Shown: positions 20,079 through 30,064 of the stretch, in pieces
Layout of the letters: every line of letters starts with the position of its first letter
Position numbering within the stretch: position 1 is the stretch's first letter
From: Candidatus Giovannonibacteria bacterium
Lineage (GTDB): Bacteria; Patescibacteriota; Minisyncoccia; JACPKW01; UBA11713
Direction: 5' to 3'
NCBI GenBank assembly: GCA_016186825.1
Contig: JACPKW010000006.1
Location: 3,191-67,190, forward strand
Length of the DNA: 64,000 bases
Program-made: the position numbers and the translations under genes
Notes under the pieces: model-generated
The model's input: only the letters and a program-made list of their open reading frames with translations
What the model was told of the DNA's origin: nothing
Database searches by the model: none

Positions 20079-21143
20079 ATGACTGAACACGAAAAGAAGA
20101 TAATAAGCGCTGTAGATGCAGCCCTGCCGGCAGTTGTTTCAATAAGCATCACAAAAGAGGCAAATGATATTGCCCGCGATTTGCCGCTCGAGTTTTTTCG
20201 CTTGCCGCACTCGGAAGAATTTTTACAATATGAAATTGACCATGCTCCGAAAGACGACCAGGGCAGAATTAAAGTCGGCGGAGGATCGGGCTTTTTTATC
20301 TCTGCCGACGGGCTTATTTTGACAAACCGGCATGTCGTTACCGATGTTCACGCGAAATATTCTGTAGTTACGGACGGAGAAAAAAAATTTGATGCAGTCG
20401 TTCAGGCGCGCGATCCTATAAATGATGTCGCAATTCTGAAAATCGTTTCAAACGGGGGGTTTCCTTTTATAAAACTTGGCGAAACAAAAGACCTTAAACT
20501 TGGGCAAACTGTCGTCGCGGTCGGAAATGCGCTCGGAGAATTTCAAAATACGGTTTCAACAGGAGTTGTCTCGGGCCTTTCCCGATTCATTCAGGCCGGA
20601 AGCGACATGATGGGGCATCAAGAGCGTTTGCGCGGCCTTATCCAAACGGATGCCGCGATCAATCCGGGGAACTCCGGCGGACCCCTTGTGAATCTAAACG
20701 GGGAAGTGATCGGAATAAATGTCGCCGTAGTTTTCGGCGCGCAGAACATCGGCTTTGCGATTCCAATCGAACGCGCGAAGAAAGATCTGGAAGAAATTCA
20801 AAAATTCGGACGCATCCGCAGGCCGTATCTTGGGGTGCGCTATATGCTCTTAAATAAATTCCTAAAAGATCGCTTTAAGCTGCCGATTGATTATGGAGCG
20901 CTCGTGATAAATGAAGGCGCGCCTGGAGATTTCGCCGTGATTCCAAATTCCCCAGCCGCAAAAGCAGGGCTCAAAGAATTTGATGTCATAACGGGCTGCG
21001 AAGGAAAAGAGATTTCAGAGAAAGAAACTCTGGAAGACATGCTTTCTTCCCATGAAATCGGCGACGAAATCGAGCTAAAGATATATCGCGAGGGTAACGA
21101 AAAAACCGCCAGTTTGAAACTTGCGGAATTTATGCAAGTTTAG
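20079..21143 (+). CDS. HtrA/DegP-family serine protease with PDZ domain
   Basis: GSGF, LTNRHV, QTDAAINPGNSGGP. Confidence 0.95.
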   Translation: MTEHEKKIISAVDAALPAVVSISITKEANDIARDLPLEFFRLPHSEEFLQYEIDHAPKDDQGRIKVGGGSGFFISADGLILTNRHVVTDVHAKYSVVTDGEKKFDAVVQARDPINDVAILKIVSNGGFPFIKLGETKDLKLGQTVVAVGNALGEFQNTVSTGVVSGLSRFIQAGSDMMGHQERLRGLIQTDAAINPGNSGGPLVNLNGEVIGINVAVVFGAQNIGFAIPIERAKKDLEEIQKFGRIRRPYLGVRYMLLNKFLKDRFKLPIDYGALVINEGAPGDFAVIPNSPAAKAGLKEFDVITGCEGKEISEKETLEDMLSSHEIGDEIELKIYREGNEKTASLKLAEFMQV

Positions 21144-21151
21144 ACAGACTT

Positions 21152-21388
21152 TTATTTGAGGTCCAAAAGTTCGGACAGCCTTTCCTGATCAAAGCCCACC
21201 ACGATCTGCCCATCAATGATCGTAACCGGCACTCCTAGCTGGCCGGATTTTTGGATCATTTCATCCCGAGCCTTCACGTCAGAAGCCACATTGAGCTCCT
21301 TATATTCTATGTTATTTTTCGCAAAAAAATCCTTGGTCATTTTGCAGTAAACGCAGATTGGGGTCGTATAAATTGAAACGTTTTTCAT
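21152..21388 (-). CDS. Glutaredoxin/NrdH-like protein
   Basis: CVYC active site, GVPV, VGFD. Confidence 0.92.
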   Translation of the reverse strand: MKNVSIYTTPICVYCKMTKDFFAKNNIEYKELNVASDVKARDEMIQKSGQLGVPVTIIDGQIVVGFDQERLSELLDLK

Positions 21389-21426
21389 AAAAAAATTATA
21401 ACAAACTTTTTGAATAATATTGCATG

Positions 21427-22155
21427 TTAATAACCTGTAAATTCCTCGAAACGCATCTCATCTCTCGAAATCCCAACTTTTTCAAGAGATTCCGTAACGC
21501 CTTTTACCATTCCGGGAGGGCCCACGATATAAAAAATGGAACTGCTCAAGTCTTCTATTTTATTTTTTATAAAATTTTCGTCAATATATCCAGTTTCACC
21601 GCGCCAATTGTCCTCGGGGGCTACTTGAGTCATTGTCGCTATCACTTTCAAATTTGGGTTTTTGTGCTCCCAGTTATTCAGGTCACGAAGGAAAGCGGCG
21701 CCGCGCGGATTTCGATTAGAATAGAGCAGTGTAATTTTATGCGGGAGTTTTTCCTCGGTCGCATATTTGATAATGCTTCTCGATAAAGTAATCCCTATCC
21801 CGCCCGCGATGAATACAGCTTTTTTGTCTGTTTTTTCATGCAAAGAAAACATTCCAAAAGGCCCATCCGCCATAATTTCGGCTCCAAAAGGCAGCTCGAG
21901 CAAACTTCTTTTAAAAGCCGAGCCTGTCATCCTTGAAGCAATCATTATAATCCCGCGGTCATTCGGACTTGAAGCAATTGAAAAATCACGCGAATTGCCT
22001 TTTTCATCCGTATACAGAGGGTTTTCCAAAGTTAATGTGACAAATTGTCCCGCCCTAAAATTGAAATCGGGAGTGACGGAAGTATCCCAGATAAATGCAA
22101 CTGTGCCTTCTGCAACTTCATGACGCTCTTTTAACGAAAATTTATATTGAGACAT
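21427..22155 (-). CDS. FAD/NAD(P)-binding oxidoreductase (FNR-like)
   Basis: RDFSIASS, IAGGIGIT, GPPGMV. Confidence 0.9.
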   Translation of the reverse strand: MSQYKFSLKERHEVAEGTVAFIWDTSVTPDFNFRAGQFVTLTLENPLYTDEKGNSRDFSIASSPNDRGIIMIASRMTGSAFKRSLLELPFGAEIMADGPFGMFSLHEKTDKKAVFIAGGIGITLSRSIIKYATEEKLPHKITLLYSNRNPRGAAFLRDLNNWEHKNPNLKVIATMTQVAPEDNWRGETGYIDENFIKNKIEDLSSSIFYIVGPPGMVKGVTESLEKVGISRDEMRFEEFTGY

Positions 22156-22228
22156 TTATAAATTATAAGTAATTGTCTTTAAAAAAACAAAACGGCTCAG
22201 ACCCAAGTGAATAATATGTGAGAAAAAT

Positions 22229-22516
22229 TTAGAAAATCAAAATCGCAATTAATGCAAGAAGGGCAACAATCCCCAAAACCGCATAAAGCCGGTAACTTTG
22301 CTCTTGCACTATCTTTATTTTTTCTGATTTATTCGAAGCGACAGAATTGGAGTATGAAAGTTTCCGAAGCAAATTGTCCGAATTAAAAGTATCCTCGTAG
22401 CTCGCCAAACGTCCCACGAACAGGTTGCACGAATTGCAGAACAGCAATTCTTTTCTTGGCTCAAGACCCGTTTGGCAAATCGGGCAGCTGTGTTTTGCAT
22501 TGATTTCCATGCCCAA
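22229..22516 (-). CDS. Zn-ribbon protein with C-terminal TM
   Basis: CPIC...CNSC; hydrophobic C-terminus. Confidence 0.6.
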   Translation of the reverse strand: MGMEINAKHSCPICQTGLEPRKELLFCNSCNLFVGRLASYEDTFNSDNLLRKLSYSNSVASNKSEKIKIVQEQSYRLYAVLGIVALLALIAILIF

Positions 22517-22577
22517 TTCTTAGCATGTCGGTTTAAAAAAATAAAGCGGTGAAGCGCTCGTTTCTTGATAATCCTTG

Positions 22578-22650
22578 GGTGCCTATCGGGACTTGAACCC
22601 GAACCGAGAGTTCCACAAACTCTAGTGCTAACCATTACACTATAGGCACC
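22578..22650 (-). tRNA. tRNA-His(GTG)
   Basis: G-1:C73, TT-GTG-GA loop. Confidence 0.93.
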
Positions 22651-22705
22651 ATGTTGAAACAATGAGAAAATTATTTCTCATTCGGGCGGCAAGTACAGAC
22701 CAAAT

Positions 22706-22957
22706 TTATGCTTCCAGTCTATAAACCCGCGATCCTTCCTTGGCAGCTTGAGTAACTTTCACTGCAACTTCTTTCCCCGCTTCCGCAGACTGTATCGATT
22801 TTCGATCAATCTCCATTGATTCGATATCTTGAGTAAATTCATTTCCGCCTTTTTTTATTTTTACCTGATCGCCTACAGCAAGATAACCGGAAAGTTTCAT
22901 TACTGCAACCCCGGCCTTGTCAAAATAATGAATTACTTTACCAACTTCTTGATCCAT
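22706..22957 (-). CDS. Small beta-barrel protein (translation-factor domain II / U32 C-terminal-like)
   Basis: VGKVIHYFDKAGVA...GSRVYR. Confidence 0.75.
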   Translation of the reverse strand: MDQEVGKVIHYFDKAGVAVMKLSGYLAVGDQVKIKKGGNEFTQDIESMEIDRKSIQSAEAGKEVAVKVTQAAKEGSRVYRLEA

Positions 22958-23036
22958 ATTTTTTTAAATTATGCGATGACCTTTAAAACCCGCGAGGGCC
23001 ACAACCCTATCCTACACTACAAAAAAAAGCGGTCAA

Positions 23037-23570
23037 TCAGAGTACTTTTTCAAAATGCTGCCAGTCTTTTCGATCTTGCCATTTTCCACCCCAAGACCAT
23101 CCATAGCTTTCAAAAATTTTTACAACAAGGCCATCGGCTAAAATTGTTCCAGGATGATTAGTATTATAAGACGCTCCTTTCGGCCAAACAGATTCATCCA
23201 TGGCAATGTACGGATTTAAAGCCGGATTAATATCGACCGCCAATCCTTTGGCATGGTTTGACAGGCGATTAGTTTTATAAATGAGACGGTAGTTAAAGCA
23301 TGAGGTATTATTATCCTCCATCGAACTCGCGTCATCCCAATCATATTTTGATATAGGAATAATTTTTTCTATCGGAAAACGGCCACTAACCGGAGAATCA
23401 CAAATTTTCTGAAAAATTTCTGCTATTTCGGCCGCTATTTTTTTATTAACAACCAACTCTCCCCGGCAAATTTTTTCTTCAAAAGACCAAAAAGGAACAG
23501 AAATCAATTCGAGTTCATTTAAAATTTCATCCGGAATTTCTTTTCCAAAAACCGCTTCATCAAAAGTCAT
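23037..23570 (-). CDS. M15-family Zn peptidase (peptidoglycan peptidase)
   Basis: FNYR, LSNHAKGLAVDINP, WGG.W...DWQHFE. Confidence 0.9.
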   Translation of the reverse strand: MTFDEAVFGKEIPDEILNELELISVPFWSFEEKICRGELVVNKKIAAEIAEIFQKICDSPVSGRFPIEKIIPISKYDWDDASSMEDNNTSCFNYRLIYKTNRLSNHAKGLAVDINPALNPYIAMDESVWPKGASYNTNHPGTILADGLVVKIFESYGWSWGGKWQDRKDWQHFEKVL

Positions 23571-23622
23571 GTATTAATTATAGTTAACAGACCCCCTCGA
23601 TCTAGAAAAAATAATTCTGAAC

Positions 23623-23798
23623 TTGTGCGCGGGAGAGCCTGCCTGCAGGCAGGGACTTGGTCACGAATAAATTCCTTCTGAATTTTTCTCGACCCCGACT
23701 CGTCTGTTCCGCTCTGCGGAACATGACTCCGGCTTGCAAGTCCTCCCGCAAGTGAAGCAGTTCACTTGCTTCCCGCGACAAAATTGCTTCGCAATTTG
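23623..23798 (-). ncRNA. tRNA-trailing structured element with anti-tRNA segments (Leu copy)
   Basis: Scaffold shared with 31291-31482; contains antisense and direct copies of the tRNA-Leu 3' end. Confidence 0.7.
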
Positions 23799-23882
23799 TG
23801 CGCGGGAGAGGACTTGCACCTCCACGTCCTTGCGGACACCAGCCCCTCAAGCTGGCCTGTCTTCTAGTTTCAGCACCCGCGC
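23799..23882 (-). tRNA. tRNA-Leu(GAG)
   Basis: CCAGC-TT-GAG-GG-GCTGG, variable arm, T-loop TGCAAGT. Confidence 0.9.
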
Positions 23883-23956
23883 AAATTACAATCCGATTAT
23901 ATTCGAAGACTAAAAGAGCTTCAATGAAAAATTAAACTGGGTTTAAAAAGGATAAT

Positions 23957-24358
23957 TTATTCTGCTGGTTCGGAGGCAGCTGGGACGGCTTGCACTTGAT
24001 AGGCAACCTGACGCATTTTGCGGCGGGTTTCGCGCTGAGCTTTTTCACGAATGTAATAAAGCTTGGCACGCCGCACTTTAGCGCGGCGTAAAATTTCAAT
24101 TTTTTCAATTACAGGAGAATATAATGGAAAAACCCGCTCCACGCCGACTCCTGCTGAAACTTTTCTCACTGTAAAAGTAGCTCCTGCTTCGCGTCCGTGT
24201 TTTCGCGCCAAAACCAGCCCTTCAAAAGCCTGTAGGCGCATCTTGTCGCCCTCTTTAATTTTTTGCCAAATGCGAATTGAATCACCCGGACGAATATCCA
24301 TTTTTTTGCGCTCTTCCATATCTGTCGGTGAAAATTTTGTATTCAATATTGCAGTCAC
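23957..24358 (-). CDS. rplS: 50S ribosomal protein L19
   Basis: IKEGDK.RLQAFEG, TFTVRK...[15 protein letters not shown]. Confidence 0.97.
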   Translation of the reverse strand: MTAILNTKFSPTDMEERKKMDIRPGDSIRIWQKIKEGDKMRLQAFEGLVLARKHGREAGATFTVRKVSAGVGVERVFPLYSPVIEKIEILRRAKVRRAKLYYIREKAQRETRRKMRQVAYQVQAVPAASEPAE

Positions 24359-25071
24359 GATTTTCCATTTATATCAGCTTCCGAAAGCTTTTGCAAGACT
24401 TTCTGCAAATCTTCCGGTAAATCTGCTTCTAGCTTTATGTTTAGTCCTGTCGGCAGAGCAAGCTCCAAAGTGGAAGCATGGAGAAATTGCCGCGCTAGTC
24501 CGAAAGGGCAGACAAATTTTTTGCCGGCATATAAAGAATCACAAACAACTGGATAACCGATTGCTGATAAATGCGAGCGAATCTGATGTGTCCTTCCGGT
24601 TTTTGGCGATACTTCCAAAAATGTGAAGCCCTTGAAACGTCCTAAAACGCGCCATTTCGTCAAAGCTTCTCTTGTTTTTCCTTTCAACCTTTTCCCGCTT
24701 ACGCGCTTTGAAGGATATTTTGTTGAACGTCCGATCGGTAAGTTGATAGTCCCGCTTTCGTTTTTTACATTTCCAACTACCAGGGCTTTATATTTCTTTT
24801 CAATTTTTCGCTCCTGAAATTGCGTTTTTAAAAAATCAAAAGTTTTCTGATTTTTTGCAATGAGAATTGCGCCTGAAGTGTCTTTGTCTAGGCGATGCAC
24901 AATGCCTGGACGCATCAGATCGCCCACTTTCTTTATTTCAGGATATTTTTCGAGAATCTCATCGATTAGCGTTCCACCGCCGCCTGGCGGATGAGCCTTA
25001 TCATGATGCACGACGACTCCCGCCGATTTATTTATCGCGAGAATATCGCAATCTTCGTAAATTATTTGCAT
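24355..25071 (-). CDS. RluA/RluD-family pseudouridine synthase
   Basis: [23 protein letters not shown]. Confidence 0.95.
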   Translation of the reverse strand: MQIIYEDCDILAINKSAGVVVHHDKAHPPGGGGTLIDEILEKYPEIKKVGDLMRPGIVHRLDKDTSGAILIAKNQKTFDFLKTQFQERKIEKKYKALVVGNVKNESGTINLPIGRSTKYPSKRVSGKRLKGKTREALTKWRVLGRFKGFTFLEVSPKTGRTHQIRSHLSAIGYPVVCDSLYAGKKFVCPFGLARQFLHASTLELALPTGLNIKLEADLPEDLQKVLQKLSEADINGKS

Positions 25072-25586
25072 TAATGGTTCACTGGAGCCTGCAGCTCGGC
25101 AGCAACTTTCACCGCCATGCGGTTTATCACAACCGCGCCAGCCATAACGATCAATGTGATTACTATCCCAACGCCAAACTTAAGCACGTCATCAGCGCCA
25201 TCCCAGCCCCAAAAATATCCATATCCAATCCCATAAGCGCCCGCAAAAATTGTCCCGGCTCCAATACTAGTTCCCAAGCCCGAAATAAAAGCAATAATTC
25301 CTAAAAGCAGAATTACAATGCCTACAACATTTGATGCGATAAAGATTTTTCCTCCATAAGTTTTCATATCTTCATCATATTGCTTTTGAGCATCCTTCAA
25401 GTCATTTTGCCTTTGGGTGTAAGTATTTTCGTCATAAGGAATAGACGGAATAGAGTAATCATAAGTGGGACGTTCCGGAGGAGGGATAAAAATCTTTAGC
25501 CCCAAAATAATGAGCACGGCCAGAACGGCGGCGATTGTTGCGCCGATGAAAAAGTTTACAATCGCAAATTTTCGCATTGGGTTCAT
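25071..25586 (-). CDS. Hypothetical membrane protein
   Basis: Four hydrophobic segments. Confidence 0.7.
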   Translation of the reverse strand: MNPMRKFAIVNFFIGATIAAVLAVLIILGLKIFIPPPERPTYDYSIPSIPYDENTYTQRQNDLKDAQKQYDEDMKTYGGKIFIASNVVGIVILLLGIIAFISGLGTSIGAGTIFAGAYGIGYGYFWGWDGADDVLKFGVGIVITLIVMAGAVVINRMAVKVAAELQAPVNH

Positions 25587-25606
25587 AAATTAAAATTAAA
25601 TAATAA

Positions 25607-26164
25607 TTAAAAAATAGGATACAAAAGTAAAGGAGGTCTCCTGTCAGTCTTCTCATAACGGATCTGAACTTTTTCGCTGTTTTCAAACTGCAAGCCTGTT
25701 AATTCATACGTTACAGTTCCGGACCATTCTGATGCTATCTGCGGACCGCCGAATTCAAATTCCTTAATATAATTTTTCTTAAGAGTTCCGTAAACGGAAA
25801 GATTTTCTTCCCAGATCGGATTTTTATCTTTATTCAGATACATTACTTTGAAAGTCAGGCTGGTAACAATCTCGTCTCCCAAATTTTGAACCTTCCCGAT
25901 ATACTTTTTAAGGCGAGGACTGGTTTGATAGCTGTAACTTGGAACAGTCTCATTTGTAAAAGTAAACTTCAAATTCGAGAAATAATCCTTTGCTTCGTTT
26001 TCTGAAATTTCGCTATCTTGTTCAATTTTCCCTCCTTCCTCATTTGATTTTTCTCCCATATTTGATTGAGCTTTATAGAAAATCAGAAATCCCCCTCCGA
26101 TTATAAGAGCAAGAACAAGTAAGATGCTCAAAACAAAAACTTCTTTATTTTTTACCACACTCAT
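25607..26164 (-). CDS. Hypothetical membrane-anchored secreted protein
   Basis: N-terminal TM, beta-rich soluble domain. Confidence 0.65.
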   Translation of the reverse strand: MSVVKNKEVFVLSILLVLALIIGGGFLIFYKAQSNMGEKSNEEGGKIEQDSEISENEAKDYFSNLKFTFTNETVPSYSYQTSPRLKKYIGKVQNLGDEIVTSLTFKVMYLNKDKNPIWEENLSVYGTLKKNYIKEFEFGGPQIASEWSGTVTYELTGLQFENSEKVQIRYEKTDRRPPLLLYPIF

Positions 26165-26292
26165 TTTTTACCATAAATATGAGCTTTCGGCCATGGGGAG
26201 AATTAGGAATGCTTAGTTGGAATAATTTGTTGTTATCCTTTATCCAGAACTTCATTATTTCAGTTTACATCTAGAGGGTTGGAATCGAAGTG

Positions 26293-26364
26293 TGCGCGCA
26301 CGAGGGATTGAACCTCGGGCCTTCACAATGTCAATGTGACGCTCTACCACTGAGCTATGCGCGC
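26293..26364 (-). tRNA. tRNA-Val(GAC)
   Basis: TCACA-TT-GAC-AT-TGTGA. Confidence 0.93.
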
Positions 26365-26373
26365 ATATTATTT

Positions 26374-26703
26374 CTAATTTTTCAAAACAAAACCGATTCT
26401 CTTCATCGCAATAAAACCATAACCCCATGCGATCGGAAGCCAGAACGGGATACCCCATAGATTGGGGTTGGTAAAAGACTGATAGCCGCTCACTTGTGTC
26501 CCGATAACTTCTACAATCAATCCTATAATAATTCCGTATACAAAAATAATAAATTCTGTTTTGTCCTTATGCCAGAAAATCAGGGCGAGCGTTAAAACCA
26601 GATAAATAATAAACAGCAAAATATTATTTTGCCAAAATAAGTAAGAAAGCAAAATCCCTAAAAATATCGGCAGAGTTTCTAAAAAAATTTTGTGGCTTTT
26701 CAT
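26374..26703 (-). CDS. Small membrane protein between tRNA-Glu and tRNA-Val
   Basis: Four TM segments, GIPFWLPIAWG motif. Confidence 0.7.
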   Translation of the reverse strand: MKSHKIFLETLPIFLGILLSYLFWQNNILLFIIYLVLTLALIFWHKDKTEFIIFVYGIIIGLIVEVIGTQVSGYQSFTNPNLWGIPFWLPIAWGYGFIAMKRIGFVLKN

Positions 26704-26704
26704 G

Positions 26705-26776
26705 CGGCCCCACCGGGAATCGAACCCGGATTTACGCCTTGAAAGAGCGCTGTCCTAACCATTAGACGATGGGGCC
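26705..26776 (-). tRNA. tRNA-Glu(TTC)
   Basis: GGCCCCA-TC-GTCT..AGGAC, CT-TTC-AA loop. Confidence 0.94.
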
Positions 26777-26827
26777 TTTATTTGCTATGAATTTCATAAT
26801 ATTACAAAAAGGCCGGATAATAAACAA

Positions 26828-27949
26828 ATGGTTATTTTGGCGATTGAAACTTCCTGCGATGAAACCGCAATCGCAATAATTGAAGCTCGCAAAGAAAAAA
26901 GCGGGACGGATTTTAAAATTCTCTCAAACCAGATTGCATCTCAAATAAAAATCCATGCGCCGTTTGGAGGGGTGGTGCCGAATCTGGCAAAAAGAGAGCA
27001 CATTAAAAACTTGCCAATATTATTATACAGAGCTCTGAAAGAGGCTAAGTTAATTCCCATTTCCAAACAAGAATCAAAAAATAGCAACCAAAACCAAAAA
27101 CTATCAACAAAAAACTATAAACTGATAGATGCGATTGCCGTAACTTACGGCCCGGGGCTCGAGCCTGCGCTTTGGACTGGAATAAATTTTGCGCGTGAGC
27201 TCGCAAAAAAATGGCGCGTGCCGCTTGCGCCGGTTAATCATCTTGAAGGGCATATTTATTCCGCATTTATGCGGGGCGCTCAATTCTCAATTCCCCCGCC
27301 TTCGCCAAGGCTTCGGCGGGCAAGCAATTTTCAAATGTTTCCCTTGCTCACATTAATTGTCTCTGGAGGACATACGGAAATGGTACTTTCGAAAAAACAT
27401 TTAAACTATAAGATTTTGGGCGAGACTTTGGACGATGCCGCCGGAGAAGCGTTTGATAAAGTCGCGCGGATGCTCGAACTCGGATACCCCGGAGGACCTT
27501 TGGTTTCCAAACTTGCCTTGAAGGGAAATCCAAACGCAATTAACTTTCCGCGCCCGATGATCCATTCAAAAGATTTGAACTTTAGTTTCTCGGGACTGAA
27601 AACATCGGTTCTCTATTATATCCGCGAATTGCCCCAAACTAAGTTTTGGGCAATGAAAACTGATATCGCTGCCTCTTTTGAAAAAGCTGTGGTGGACGTA
27701 CTCGTCAAAAAAACCTTGGATGCCGTGAAAATATACAAGCCAAGAACTGTTGCGATTGGGGGAGGCGTTGGAGCCAATAATCTTCTCCGCAGTGAGCTTG
27801 TAAAAAAAACTGGCGCTCTCTTGCCGGAGAAAAAATTCACGGGCGACAACGCTGCTATGATTGCAGTCGCAGGATACTACAGATTTCTTGCAAAGAAATT
27901 TAATAAAAATCCAAAAGCCGAAGGAAACTTAAAACTTTCAAAAACTTAG
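26828..27949 (+). CDS. tsaD: tRNA N6-threonylcarbamoyltransferase with two repeat-derived insertions
   Basis: IETSCDET, NHLEGH, VSGGHT, DDAAGEAFDK, DNAAMIA. Confidence 0.96.
   Translation: MVILAIETSCDETAIAIIEARKEKSGTDFKILSNQIASQIKIHAPFGGVVPNLAKREHIKNLPILLYRALKEAKLIPISKQESKNSNQNQKLSTKNYKLIDAIAVTYGPGLEPALWTGINFARELAKKWRVPLAPVNHLEGHIYSAFMRGAQFSIPPPSPRLRRASNFQMFPLLTLIVSGGHTEMVLSKKHLNYKILGETLDDAAGEAFDKVARMLELGYPGGPLVSKLALKGNPNAINFPRPMIHSKDLNFSFSGLKTSVLYYIRELPQTKFWAMKTDIAASFEKAVVDVLVKKTLDAVKIYKPRTVAIGGGVGANNLLRSELVKKTGALLPEKKFTGDNAAMIAVAGYYRFLAKKFNKNPKAEGNLKLSKT
27294..27336 (+). repeat. 43-bp sequence (30-bp palindrome + heptamer flank) identical to the reverse complement of 41957-41999
   Basis: ccccgccttcgccaaggcttcggcgggcaagcaattttcaaat in both tsaD and the pilX-like gene. 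Confidence 0.85.
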
Positions 27950-27970
27950 AAAAATTGCAATAATTCCGTT

Positions 27971-30064
27971 ATGTCAGCAGACTTCACGAAACCATACGAC
28001 CCAAGAACGGTTGAGCCGGAGATCTATAAAAAATGGGAGAAGTCCGGATATTTTAACCCTGATAATTTACCTCAACCCGCCGCCGCTAAAGCTAAGGCGG
28101 GCGAAGCGGGAACTTTTACGATCGCGCTTCCACCTCCGAATGTAACCGGCTCACTTCACTTGGGCCACGCCCTTAACGCAACAATTCAAGATATTTTGAT
28201 CCGCAAAAAAAGAATGGAGGGATACAGAGCGCTCTGGATTCCCGGAACTGATCACGCAGGAATTGCCACGCAAAATATTGTAGAAAAAGAATTAAAAAAA
28301 GATGGGAAAACGCGGCACGATTTGGGTCGCGAAAAATTTTTGGAGCGCGCCTGGGAGTGGAAGGAAAAATACGGAAATATTATTTTAGACCAGTTGAAAA
28401 AACTTGGCTCATCCTGCGATTGGTCGCGAACGCGTTTCACCATGGATCCGGAATATGCCAAAGCCGTTGAAACAGCATTTTTGCACTACCATAAAAAAGG
28501 CTGGATCTATCAGGGCAAACGCGTTATCAACTGGTGCACGCGCTGCCGGACTTCGCTTTCGGATTTGGAGGTTGAATATAAACCAGAAAAGGGGAAACTT
28601 TGGTATATAAAATATCCTCTCAAGGACTCCTCGGAATTTGTAATTGTCGCGACTGTGCGGCCCGAAACCATGCTCGGCGATTCGGCAGTTGCGGTAAATC
28701 CCAAGGATGCGCGTTATAAAAATTTAATCGGGAAAATTGCAATCCTCCCGATTCAAGAGCGTGAAATCCCGATAATTGCAGACCCGCGAATCGAAACGGA
28801 GTTCGGAACGGGCGCTGTGAAAGTTACGCCCGCGCATGACATTCTGGACGAAGCAATCGCCATGGATAACAATCTGATTTCATATCAAGTTATCGGCGAA
28901 GATGGAAAAATGACCGAAGAGGCAGGAGAGAAATTTCAAGGACTCAAAGTTAAAGAAGCTCGCGAGAAAATTGTAGCGCTTCTCGAGAGCTTGGATCTTT
29001 TAGAAAAAACTGAAGATTACGAGCATAATGTCGCATTGTGTTACCGCTGCGGAACAATGCTTGAACCGCTTCGTTCCAAACAATGGTTTTTAAAAATGGC
29101 CGAGCTCGCGAAACTCGCCATCGCAGACGTGAAATCAGGAAAGGTAAAATTTCACCCTGCACGCTGGGAAAAAATTTATTTGGAATGGCTCGATCCTCCG
29201 GTTGGCGGACTCCGAGATTGGTGCGTCTCGCGGCAGATCTGGTGGGGACACAAAATTCCAATCGACGGGGTTGATGACGTTCTTGATACTTGGTTTTCTT
29301 CAGCGCTTTGGCCGTTCGCAACTCTTGGCTGGCCTTCTCAAACGGCGGATCTCAAGACTTTTTATCCGACGCAAATTCTTTCGACTGCGCGCGACATTAT
29401 AAATCTTTGGGTCGCGCGGATGGTTTTTTCATCTGAAGAATTTTTAGGAAAAGCCCCTTTTTTGGACGTAATTATTCATGCGACTATTCTTGCGAAGTCA
29501 GGCGCGCGCATGTCTAAATCGCTCGGCACGGGAGTCGACCCGATGACGCTCATTGAAAAATATGGCGCAGACGCCACACGCTTCGGTTTAATTTGGCAAG
29601 CCATGGGCGGGCAAGACATTAAGTGGTCCGAAGAACATGTTGTGGCAGGAAAGAAATTTTTAAATAAACTTTGGAACGCAAGCAGGTATGTTTTAAGCCG
29701 CAGCGATTCTTCAGATTGTGAAATTTCTAAACCGCCAGATCTAAAATCCGAATCGAATAAAAAAATAATAGCGAGCCTTGAAAAAACAGAGAAAGAAGTA
29801 AATGAGTTAATCGATTCGTATGATTTCGGGCAGGCACTTCACATTTTATATGACTTTTTTTGGCACGAATTTTGCGACAAGCACTTGGAGGAAAGCAAGA
29901 GTGACAGCTCTGAAGAAACAAAAAAAACTTTAATCTTTGTGCTTTCAACTTCTTTAAAACTACTCCATCCTTTTATTCCTCATATCACAGAAAAAATCTG
30001 GGAAAACTTATCCCGCTCTGGAGACCAAGGATACCTTATAATAGAAAGGTGGCCGAAAGCATAA
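27971..30064 (+). CDS. valS: Valine--tRNA ligase (shortened)
   Basis: PPPNVTGSLHLGH, DHAGIATQ, DWCVSRQIWWGH, RMSKS. Confidence 0.97.
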   Translation: MSADFTKPYDPRTVEPEIYKKWEKSGYFNPDNLPQPAAAKAKAGEAGTFTIALPPPNVTGSLHLGHALNATIQDILIRKKRMEGYRALWIPGTDHAGIATQNIVEKELKKDGKTRHDLGREKFLERAWEWKEKYGNIILDQLKKLGSSCDWSRTRFTMDPEYAKAVETAFLHYHKKGWIYQGKRVINWCTRCRTSLSDLEVEYKPEKGKLWYIKYPLKDSSEFVIVATVRPETMLGDSAVAVNPKDARYKNLIGKIAILPIQEREIPIIADPRIETEFGTGAVKVTPAHDILDEAIAMDNNLISYQVIGEDGKMTEEAGEKFQGLKVKEAREKIVALLESLDLLEKTEDYEHNVALCYRCGTMLEPLRSKQWFLKMAELAKLAIADVKSGKVKFHPARWEKIYLEWLDPPVGGLRDWCVSRQIWWGHKIPIDGVDDVLDTWFSSALWPFATLGWPSQTADLKTFYPTQILSTARDIINLWVARMVFSSEEFLGKAPFLDVIIHATILAKSGARMSKSLGTGVDPMTLIEKYGADATRFGLIWQAMGGQDIKWSEEHVVAGKKFLNKLWNASRYVLSRSDSSDCEISKPPDLKSESNKKIIASLEKTEKEVNELIDSYDFGQALHILYDFFWHEFCDKHLEESKSDSSEETKKTLIFVLSTSLKLLHPFIPHITEKIWENLSRSGDQGYLIIERWPKA

